Virus record (IMG/VR): IMGVR_UViG_3300021375_002481
Span: 1-52,977 of that record
Length of the DNA: 52,977 bases
Strand: one strand, 5' to 3'
Source: a virus
Taxonomy: Duplodnaviria; Caudoviricetes
Position numbers and translations under genes: made by a program. Positions 46,022-52,977 of the stretch are shown here, in pieces (position 1 is the stretch's first letter; each line of letters starts with the position of its first letter). Under the pieces are notes generated by a model. That model had not been told where the DNA came from. It saw only the letters and a list, made by a program, of their open reading frames with translations, and ran no database searches.

Positions 46022-46591
46022 TTATTTTTTAAATTTTTTAACTAATGCAGAATTATCTCTGTTTAGTATTCTATCCAAACCAGGTAATCCGGTCTGTACA
46101 CCTAATCCACTCTTTTTACTTCCACCAGCAGATGGTATATCTCCATATCCCATTTGTGCTGCCATTGAAGCTTTCATTCCATCTAAACCAGCCCCAGCTC
46201 CTTGTTGAGTAAACTGAATTGTTTTATCCATACTTTCATTTATTGGTTGTTGAAAATTATCTAATACAGATTTTGGAGAAACTCCACCTGATTTTTGTTC
46301 CTTAGTAAATGGTTTGGTATTTCTCAATGCTTCGTTCAATGCTTCATTTTTAGATAAAACCCTTTTAGGTTGCTCGGTTCTTTCATTTTGTAATACTTGT
46401 TCAGCCATTTTGAATGGGTCTACATCTTCACTAACTACATTTTTTGTAGGTTTATTAGAAGTTTTTATTGTACCACTAACCGCTTCAGCAAGTATTGCTG
46501 GAAATTGGTTTTTAAGAAAGTTTTCATGTTTCTTAGCAACTTCAACTTCCACTAATGCCTTTACTACTTTAATTAATTGTTTTTGTTTCAT
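46022..46591 (-). CDS. Hypothetical phage protein
   Basis: Full ORF with upstream ATATTTATA; no recognised motif. Confidence 0.7.
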   Translation of the reverse strand: MKQKQLIKVVKALVEVEVAKKHENFLKNQFPAILAEAVSGTIKTSNKPTKNVVSEDVDPFKMAEQVLQNERTEQPKRVLSKNEALNEALRNTKPFTKEQKSGGVSPKSVLDNFQQPINESMDKTIQFTQQGAGAGLDGMKASMAAQMGYGDIPSAGGSKKSGLGVQTGLPGLDRILNRDNSALVKKFKK

Positions 46592-46618
46592 TATTTCTAA
46601 AATTTTCTTTTATCTTAA

Positions 46619-46627
46619 TATAAATAT
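46619..46627 (-). promoter_or_regulatory. ATATTTATA putative late promoter
   Basis: 27 nt upstream of the ATG at 46591. Confidence 0.55.
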
Positions 46628-46648
46628 ATCTTTGTTAGTTTTATGGTT

Positions 46649-47608
46649 CTAATCACAATCATCACAACACTTTCTTCTTTCTTCAGCAAGGTCTTGTCTG
46701 AGTTGTGATAATGATTTTTGTAATTCTAAAGCGTTTCTATCCGTTTTTGCATCATCTAATAATTTACCTACTGCTAAGTCAGCTTCAGTAAAAAACCTTC
46801 TTCTTCCCAATACATCTTTTTGAGTTTCTGCTCTAAGTATATCATCCAGATTTGATTCTAAGTTACCTCCACCTGATAATCTTGCCCTAAGTTCATTATC
46901 TATTTGCTCAGAACCACCCCCTTGTTGTCCTGGATTAAATGGTACATTGTTTCCTCCAAAAGTGCTACCATCTAAGGAACCGAAATTACCATCTTCTCCA
47001 AAATTCGAATCACCTCCAAGTTTAAGTGCAGGAAATGGTGTATTTGGTATTGAATATCCAACCCAATTTAAAACACCAGGACCAGGAATTGGTGCTGGTG
47101 CTGAAGGATATAAGGATGTTGTCATATACATTCCCTTTAAACTAAATAAATGTATTTGCATAAACAGAGTCATCATATCTAAAAATATTAAACAAGAATC
47201 CGTTGGAATTTCAAATGGTACATTCGGCCATGTACCGGGTGATGTTACCATAGCTGAATTTGCTATTATATTTTGTACTGAACCAGGTGCTGGTATTAGT
47301 GGGGTAGGGAATGGTAATAAATTTGCACCAGTCCAATATCCTTTTACTGCATTACCAACATCTTTTAAAAAAGCATGTTTAGAAGGAGTTCCCTTAGTAA
47401 GTGCCGTTGTATGAGCTACATTCATTAAAGTAATAAATAAAGGAATGTTTGAAATACCTACTGGATTTTTATGTATTAACTGACCTCCCCTTCGTACACA
47501 CATATCATATTCCATTGCTAACTTTGCGGCATATTGTGGAAATGCAACAACTCCGAGCGGATTGTTCATATATAGTAGCATATTTACTTTGAACAATTTG
47601 AAAGACAT
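46649..47608 (-). CDS. Hypothetical baseplate-associated protein
   Basis: Directly downstream of the spike-like gene. Pro/Gly-rich core and CCDDCD C-terminus. Confidence 0.6.
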   Translation of the reverse strand: MSFKLFKVNMLLYMNNPLGVVAFPQYAAKLAMEYDMCVRRGGQLIHKNPVGISNIPLFITLMNVAHTTALTKGTPSKHAFLKDVGNAVKGYWTGANLLPFPTPLIPAPGSVQNIIANSAMVTSPGTWPNVPFEIPTDSCLIFLDMMTLFMQIHLFSLKGMYMTTSLYPSAPAPIPGPGVLNWVGYSIPNTPFPALKLGGDSNFGEDGNFGSLDGSTFGGNNVPFNPGQQGGGSEQIDNELRARLSGGGNLESNLDDILRAETQKDVLGRRRFFTEADLAVGKLLDDAKTDRNALELQKSLSQLRQDLAEERRKCCDDCD

Positions 47609-47612
47609 AATT

Positions 47613-48890
47613 TTACTCCGTAAAGTTTTTTATTGATTTTATTTGGTCTAATCGTGCTCTAATCTGTTCAAACTCAGGTAAGTTTAAAGGGCCCTTAGCG
47701 GTAGGTCCAGCTGGAGTTGCATAAATTTGATTTGAAATTGCAGTAATCATTGCATCTAATATATCTACCAAAGTTTGTCCTCTTGCAAATGGTTCTTTTT
47801 GACCAGTACCACCATTTCCACTATCATCAGTATTTAATTTTATTTGACCATTGCCGGTTTTAATAGTAAAATCAGCATCATTTCTGTCAGTAGTAATATT
47901 TACGGTATCACCAAAATCTAAATCTGCTCCAGCATTTCCATTATCAATTGTGAATTTACCATCAGATATGAATCCATAATTTCCTTTTGAGAAAAATATC
48001 ATTTCAGCTGCTTTGGATGAAAGGATAATTCTTTCTGAGTTGATTAGTATCTGGTCTTGTCCTACATATTCCTCTGGTATCTCAAAGTTAATAGGAGTGG
48101 TTTCAAAATTAGATGAACCCCCATCATCAATTAAACCTGGTTGAAATGGTATCTTATAATCTTGCGATGTAAGTGCAATAATAGAACCATCTTTATTTAA
48201 ATCTTCTTCTGTTAGTTCGTTTAGTTTTAAATTATTTCTTCCTTCATCATTTTGTCTATTACGGATAAGAAGTGTTGGTGAAAATGATTGTTCTTCATTA
48301 TTATAAGCAGAAAACCTAATTGATTGTCCAAACCTTGATTGTATTATTTTATCACCTTCATATAAACGTAGTTTATGTACTACCTCTGGTTTAAAATACT
48401 CACCAAGTTTAGAATCTCTTTCAGCAGTATCTGATTGTGCCGTTGATGTTTGAGATACCTCAGAATAAGAATCACTATTTGGTTGTGACTCTTCACTATT
48501 CTCAGATAATTTTTCTTCTACATTTATTTTTGCATTACCAATATTAATATTAGTGCTTGGTATTCTTTTATAATATTCAGTACCACCAACAGATATAAGT
48601 TGAACTGTTTCACCTACTAAGGGTATCCCCTCATCGAGTAACATTGGTGCATAAAAATTTAAATTCTTTTTATTTGGAGTTAAATCATTAAGTTTTCTTA
48701 TTTTAGAATGCCCTATATAAGCATCGGATAATTTAGAACTTTCTTCACTACTACTTATTGTAGGTATATTTTCATCATCTTCATTTAAGATGACGTGCTC
48801 CACAATACCAACATTTATTGATTTTCCACCAATATTAAAATTATTAGATGCTGATTGGTATTGATGTGATATTGATTTTCTAACGGCCAT
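47613..48890 (-). CDS. Baseplate central spike/hub protein (gp5/gpV-like)
   Basis: N-terminal OB-like region (PLVGETVQL), EGDKIIQSRFGQSIRF, short beta repeats (QILINSERIILSS) and apex-like ATPAGPT. Confidence 0.6.
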   Translation of the reverse strand: MAVRKSISHQYQSASNNFNIGGKSINVGIVEHVILNEDDENIPTISSSEESSKLSDAYIGHSKIRKLNDLTPNKKNLNFYAPMLLDEGIPLVGETVQLISVGGTEYYKRIPSTNINIGNAKINVEEKLSENSEESQPNSDSYSEVSQTSTAQSDTAERDSKLGEYFKPEVVHKLRLYEGDKIIQSRFGQSIRFSAYNNEEQSFSPTLLIRNRQNDEGRNNLKLNELTEEDLNKDGSIIALTSQDYKIPFQPGLIDDGGSSNFETTPINFEIPEEYVGQDQILINSERIILSSKAAEMIFFSKGNYGFISDGKFTIDNGNAGADLDFGDTVNITTDRNDADFTIKTGNGQIKLNTDDSGNGGTGQKEPFARGQTLVDILDAMITAISNQIYATPAGPTAKGPLNLPEFEQIRARLDQIKSIKNFTE

Positions 48891-49300
48891 TACTTACCTA
48901 CCTTCTGCTTAAGTTCTTCTATTTCATTAGTAAGTTCATCAACCTTTAACTCTTGCTCATCTGCAACTTCGTGTATAGTTTCATCCAATTGTTTTAGTAA
49001 TTGTTCTTTTTCATCATCAGATAAAAATCCACTATCTCCTTCGGATTTATTTTGTGCTCCAATAATTCTTTGTGCAATTGCAGCCATCTTGATTAGTGAA
49101 TCATCGTTCTTAACTGATGTATCTACTAAATCTTTTATGATTGGCCCAATTACTGCCATGTCTCCAGCATGCCTAATTACCTTTTTCATTTCAGCGATTA
49201 GTTCAGAGATTCTTTGTTTCTTGTTTACTTGATTATCATAGATATCTTTAAACAATCCACTTAGGTCTTTGCCGGGAAATAATTCGAAATCTGTACTCAT
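48890..49300 (-). CDS. Hypothetical helical phage protein
   Basis: TAATG-coupled to the spike-like gene; upstream ATATTTATA. Confidence 0.7.
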   Translation of the reverse strand: MSTDFELFPGKDLSGLFKDIYDNQVNKKQRISELIAEMKKVIRHAGDMAVIGPIIKDLVDTSVKNDDSLIKMAAIAQRIIGAQNKSEGDSGFLSDDEKEQLLKQLDETIHEVADEQELKVDELTNEIEELKQKVGK

Positions 49301-49321
49301 TATTTTACCATATTAGTTGTA

Positions 49322-49330
49322 TATAAATAT
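49322..49330 (-). promoter_or_regulatory. ATATTTATA putative late promoter
   Basis: 21 nt upstream of the ATG at 49300, directly after a terminator. Confidence 0.6.
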
Positions 49331-49338
49331 AGTAAATG

Positions 49339-49365
49339 AAAAAACCTCACTTTTTAGGGTGAGGT
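49339..49365 (-). terminator. Intrinsic terminator
   Basis: Stem ACCTCAC/GTGAGGT followed by a T-run on the minus strand, downstream of 49393..49626. Confidence 0.7.
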
Positions 49366-49392
49366 CTTTAATCAATTGATTTCAATTAATCC

Positions 49393-49626
49393 TTATTTCT
49401 TTTTAAGGATGTGGTATAGAATAAAGGCACCTACTAATCCAAGTAAACCTTCACTACTCAATCCGCCCAAAATACCCATAATGTTTTCCACTACTGAGTT
49501 TTCTGGCCAAAAAGGTATCTGCATTCCTTTGAATAATACTTCAAGTACTACTCCAAGAGCTATGATACTTATACCGATTTCTGTTAATGATTTGGCCCAA
49601 TCGCCAATCTTATTTAGAAATTCCAT
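49393..49626 (-). CDS. Small two-TM membrane protein (holin-like topology)
   Basis: Two hydrophobic segments, a basic KKK C-terminus and an AAGGAG site. Confidence 0.6.
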   Translation of the reverse strand: MEFLNKIGDWAKSLTEIGISIIALGVVLEVLFKGMQIPFWPENSVVENIMGILGGLSSEGLLGLVGAFILYHILKKK

Positions 49627-49775
49627 ATAGTTCTCCTTTGCTTTAATTAAGAAAATAACTTTTCCATATTACAAAACGTAGGACTGTCCGAAGAATAACT
49701 ATAAGAATGTGATAATAAAAGTATCCAATATATATGGAATCCTCAATTAGAAGTGTTGATTAAGAAAATATATAT

Positions 49776-49803
49776 AAAAAAACCCACCGAGTGGTGGGTT
49801 TTT
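49776..49803. terminator. Intrinsic terminator (potentially bidirectional)
   Basis: AAAAACCCACC-GAGT-GGTGGGTTTTT hairpin flanked by A and T runs. Confidence 0.85.
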
Positions 49804-49805
49804 GT

Positions 49806-50144
49806 TTAGTTTATTACTAAGTTTTTCTTTTGATTGGAATTCAATTGAGCTACAATTCTTCTAGCTCTTATCTCTTCATGGTAATATTTTCTATCACCCT
49901 TTGGTTGAATCCAAATCAATTGATTGTTTTCATACTCTGCTATTGCAAAGTCATTTTTCCACAAACCATGTCTTAACCAATCTCCATCATTCATAATGAA
50001 GTAACCAGTTTGTCCATCTTGTTTGTACTTTTTAATTTCTCCCTCAGTTTGGGAGTACATTGAAGTGGTAAATAGTGCTAAGAAAAAAATACACACTAAT
50101 TGTACCATCCTCAAATAGAATAGTTTTTGTGTTTTCATAATCAT
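49806..50144 (-). CDS. Hypothetical secreted/membrane-anchored protein
   Basis: N-terminal hydrophobic signal-like segment ending in SMYSQ. Variant motif TACTTATA at 50157-50164. Confidence 0.6.
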   Translation of the reverse strand: MIMKTQKLFYLRMVQLVCIFFLALFTTSMYSQTEGEIKKYKQDGQTGYFIMNDGDWLRHGLWKNDFAIAEYENNQLIWIQPKGDRKYYHEEIRARRIVAQLNSNQKKNLVIN

Positions 50145-50199
50145 CTTCCTCTTTATTATAAGTATTCCAATGTTAAGAAAATGTTATGTAAGTGTTAAA

Positions 50200-51906
50200 T
50201 TAGAGTATCTTTTTCTTGATAATATAGTTATGAATTACTAAAATATCCATCTCACAGTTAAGAAATGTTTCTATTGCAGATTTAGGGTCCAATACCATTG
50301 TTTGGTCTTTTAGATTAAATGAAGTATTTATAACAATTGGGTATTCATTACATTTACTTAATTCAGTTAATAAATCATACATTCTATTATGTTGTCTGCG
50401 TGTAAGTGATTGTATTCTAGCAGAACCATCTACATGAGTAATAGCAGGAAGTTTATCTCTATATTCTTCTTTTACCTTCACCACTTGATTCATGTAAGGA
50501 ACTTCTTTACTATAATCAAAGTATTTTGATTGTTCTTCTACTTTTACAATTGGAGCAAAGGGTCTGAATCCTTCTCGTTTTTTTATAACTCTATTTAATC
50601 TTGATTTCATTTGAGGGTCACATGGGTTTGCTAAAATAGAGCGATTACCCAATGCTCTCGAACCAAACTCCATTTTTCCTTCAAACCAGCCAACTACATT
50701 TCCATTTGATATGTGTTGAGCTATTAATGGAATAAGTTTTGAATGAGGTAGTTTAGCATACCAAACATCTTCATCCATTTCTTTTAATACACTTTCCACA
50801 TCTCCATTTGTGTAATGAGGTCCTAAATATGGAGATTTATTATCAGGTTTGTTTTTACCACCAGTATTATAATATACATGAAGTGCTGCACCAATAGCAG
50901 AACCAGCATCAGATGGAGCGGGTGGAATCCAAACATTTTTAAAGTTTGTTTTTTCTAATATCTTTCCATTAGCAGTTCCATTGTAAGCACATCCACCACT
51001 TAAACATAAGTTGTTAGATGAACGAACTGCGAATAATCTATCTACCAATCTGAAGAATAGAAATTCATATTCGTGTTGGAGTGTTGCTGCTAAATCTTTA
51101 TGTGGTTGATTTAAATTATCTTCAGGTAACCTATTTGGAATACCCAAGAGTTTTCCTAACTTCTCGTTAAACATATGAGTATCTGACCAATCAAATGTAA
51201 AATACTCCATGTTTAATTCAAAACCACCATTATCTGTTAGAGTGTATAATTTCCTAAACTTATTGAGAAACTTTTTTGGGTCACCATATGGAGCCAACCC
51301 CATAACTTTGTACTCACCTTCATTTGGTTTGAATCCTAAGAAAGCAGTAAATGTTGAGTATAACATTCCCAATGAATGTGGAAATTTAATTTGTTGTATT
51401 TTTGCTAATTGATTTCCTTCTCCATAATATAAAGTAGTGGTTTCCCATTCACCAACACCATCTACTGAAAGTATTGATGCTTTATCATATGGTGAAGTAT
51501 AAAAAGAATATGCTGCGTGAGATAAGTGATGGTCACAATAATATATTTCTATATTGGGATTAGTAATACCACTTATTTGCTTTTCAAACTTTTCGAATTT
51601 TAATTTATTTCTTTTTAAAATTCTTTTTCTATTAAAGAACTCTGTTACGGGTCCTCGTTTTAAGGATTGTTCAATTCTATCTAATTTGTATTTTGGATTA
51701 TCATAAAAAGAAACTTTTTCAATATCTAATCCTGATATTTTAAATTCTTTATATAACCACTTTATAGTATTGATAGGAAATGATGAGTCGTGTTTTATAC
51801 CTGTGAATCTTTCTTCTTCACAGGCTCCTAAAACCTTTCCATCTTTAATAAGTGCTGCAGCACTATCGTGGTATCCACATGATATTCCTAAAATATAACC
51901 TTCCAT
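50200..51906 (-). CDS. O-carbamoyltransferase (NodU/CmcH/TobZ family)
   Basis: HDSAAAL...EEERFTGIKH, HHLSHAA, DGVGE, EYKVMGLAPYG, LSGGCAYN, EFGSRALGNRSIL, RPFAP, THVDGSARIQ and NTSFN. Confidence 0.95.
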   Translation of the reverse strand: MEGYILGISCGYHDSAAALIKDGKVLGACEEERFTGIKHDSSFPINTIKWLYKEFKISGLDIEKVSFYDNPKYKLDRIEQSLKRGPVTEFFNRKRILKRNKLKFEKFEKQISGITNPNIEIYYCDHHLSHAAYSFYTSPYDKASILSVDGVGEWETTTLYYGEGNQLAKIQQIKFPHSLGMLYSTFTAFLGFKPNEGEYKVMGLAPYGDPKKFLNKFRKLYTLTDNGGFELNMEYFTFDWSDTHMFNEKLGKLLGIPNRLPEDNLNQPHKDLAATLQHEYEFLFFRLVDRLFAVRSSNNLCLSGGCAYNGTANGKILEKTNFKNVWIPPAPSDAGSAIGAALHVYYNTGGKNKPDNKSPYLGPHYTNGDVESVLKEMDEDVWYAKLPHSKLIPLIAQHISNGNVVGWFEGKMEFGSRALGNRSILANPCDPQMKSRLNRVIKKREGFRPFAPIVKVEEQSKYFDYSKEVPYMNQVVKVKEEYRDKLPAITHVDGSARIQSLTRRQHNRMYDLLTELSKCNEYPIVINTSFNLKDQTMVLDPKSAIETFLNCEMDILVIHNYIIKKKIL

Positions 51907-51912
51907 TTATTC

Positions 51913-52686
51913 TTATAAGTAATCATTATCTATAAAAGGATTTTCTTCTACATCCTCTTGAGTAGGTTGTTGCCAAAATACTTTTTTATTTGGTTCTCTG
52001 AACTCGCCATACTCTAAATACTCATTTAACATTTTTTTCTGATGCTTTTTCATTACATTTACAACTTTAGTAATGTAGTGAGTTTTACAATCAGTCATTT
52101 CTCTTATAAGTAGATACAAATGCTTTTTGTTAAAGTTTTCTATATGCTCACTTCTACGAAATAATTCAAGTACTGCATCTGCTATTTGTAAATCTCTTTT
52201 TTTAGTAAAAATTGAATTTAAATTATTATCCCAATAAGTTAACATAATGTGCTTAAATTCTTTAAACTCACTATTCTCTTCATTTTCATAGAAATCATTT
52301 TCCGGATTCCAAGTTGGTGGCATTGTAGATAATAAAGAGTTTTGTTTCCACCTTTTATAGTTACCATTGTTTTTTAAAATCAAATGGTTCTTTGCTATAA
52401 TAGTAAAGTAAGAGAATGCTCTACCTTTGCCTTCCTTAAACATATGAATTTTTTCCACCATAGTAGAAACTACTTCCGTTTGTATATCTTTTTTAGGAAC
52501 ATCAAAGTAAGTAAACTTAAATGTATTAATTACATTCTCTGCTAATTTTTCAAAAGGAAACTTAATTCTTGTTTCATATATTTTAGACCTTTCTGCAGGG
52601 TCTTTACTATTGTTGTATTCTACAATTGCTTCTTGTGCAGGACTTCCAAAATATATCTTGGATTTTTTTCTTCTCTTTTTGGGCAT
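51913..52686 (-). CDS. Phage late-transcription sigma factor (T4 gp55-like)
   Basis: Sigma region-2-like KLAENVIN...DIQTEVVSTMVEKIHMF...AFSYFTIIAKNHLI, and an acidic C-terminal tail. Confidence 0.65.
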   Translation of the reverse strand: MPKKRRKKSKIYFGSPAQEAIVEYNNSKDPAERSKIYETRIKFPFEKLAENVINTFKFTYFDVPKKDIQTEVVSTMVEKIHMFKEGKGRAFSYFTIIAKNHLILKNNGNYKRWKQNSLLSTMPPTWNPENDFYENEENSEFKEFKHIMLTYWDNNLNSIFTKKRDLQIADAVLELFRRSEHIENFNKKHLYLLIREMTDCKTHYITKVVNVMKKHQKKMLNEYLEYGEFREPNKKVFWQQPTQEDVEENPFIDNDYL

Positions 52687-52689
52687 ATT

Positions 52690-52965
52690 TTATATTTCTT
52701 CGTTTAAACCTTCTACTACTTTTCGAAGGGCATCAAAAGTTACTCCTACCTCATCATCTTTTTCAAAGGCTTCTTTATTATCAAGCTCTCTCATTCTGGT
52801 AAGTGCATCTTCGACTGAATTCCTTGTTTGATTAACAGTATTTACCAACTTATCTTCAAGTTGTTCGTTTTGTTTTAATAGGTTTCGAACTCCTATTAGT
52901 AGTATAATATTTATTACTACTGAAATACCCACAATAATATTGTAGGTAGTTAATAATTCTATCAT
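52690..52965 (-). CDS. Hypothetical protein with N-terminal TM helix and coiled coil
   Basis: Hydrophobic aa 10-26 followed by heptads. Confidence 0.65.
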   Translation of the reverse strand: MIELLTTYNIIVGISVVINIILLIGVRNLLKQNEQLEDKLVNTVNQTRNSVEDALTRMRELDNKEAFEKDDEVGVTFDALRKVVEGLNEEI

Positions 52966-52977
52966 GTTATTGTATAT

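Larger units (their letters stand above)
1..52977 (-). mobile_element. Segment of a large lytic myovirus-type (T4-superfamily-like) bacteriophage genome
   Basis: Baseplate gp25-like and gp6-like genes, S74-chaperoned tail fibre, gp55-like sigma factor, phage primase and gp46/47-like fusion. Dense single-strand gene packing. No host housekeeping genes or integrase. Confidence 0.92.

Noticed and set aside
49393-49626. Definite holin/lysis cassette
   Set aside because: The topology fits, but no adjacent endolysin or spanin is recognisable, so it is reported only as a membrane protein.
49627-49775. Possible structured ncRNA in the 150-bp gap upstream of the small membrane protein
   Set aside because: Only short repeats (AATAACT x2) and a 4-bp stem were found; no convincing fold.
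1242-52831. The many 60-155 aa plus-strand ORFs in the track (e.g. 9286..9642, 24158..24532, 33606..34043, 38010..38384, 46947..47414)
   Set aside because: All lie antisense to long, motif-bearing minus-strand genes and show mirror-frame composition with no promoter or RBS support. Treated as shadow ORFs.
1-52977. Giant eukaryotic virus (NCLDV) origin suggested by GT7, sulfotransferase and the Mre11-Rad50 fusion
   Set aside because: gp25/gp6 baseplate genes, S74 fibre, sigma factor, SD sites, overlapping operonic genes and intrinsic terminators indicate a tailed bacteriophage.
1-52977. CRISPR array, tRNA/rRNA genes, integrase, IS elements, or a diversity-generating retroelement
   Set aside because: No spaced direct repeats, cloverleaf-like sequence, recombinase/transposase or reverse transcriptase motifs, or TR/VR pair seen by eye. 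Intergenic gaps are short.
1-52977. Stop-codon reassignment as in some large Bacteroidota phages
   Set aside because: The standard code gives full-length, tightly abutting ORFs with intact domains.

Overview
AT-rich (~70%) fragment of a large contractile-tailed (myovirus-type, T4-superfamily-like) phage genome. Two exact TTTG-N20-TAnnTTTG promoters suggest a Bacteroidota host. Every credible gene is on the minus strand except one 53-aa ribbon-helix-helix gene that the ORF track missed. In transcription order (right to left) the window carries: a gp55-like late sigma factor, a NodU-type carbamoyltransferase, a baseplate/tail module (spike, gp25-like, gp6-like, large wedge proteins), a sulfotransferase, a GIY-YIG-like nuclease, a GT10-like protein, a primase, an SGNH-like protein, a single-chain Mre11-Rad50 fusion, a 2584-aa tail fibre with an S74 chaperone, and a BACON/Ig adhesin. 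It ends in a 13-kb biosynthetic block: GT-B and GT-A glycosyltransferases, a methyltransferase, five tandem N-terminal-twitch radical SAM enzymes, two GT7 galactosyltransferase-like enzymes with a LamG domain inserted inside the catalytic domain, and a cytidylyltransferase. Main hypothesis (inference): this is a late-expressed virion glycosylation/tailoring system, and its acceptor sequon may be the [S/T]-G-S tripeptide that is strongly over-represented in specific structural proteins. A recurrent ATATTTATA motif, the reverse complement of the T4 late promoter, precedes both structural and modification genes. All family assignments come from motif recognition by eye; no database searches were run.
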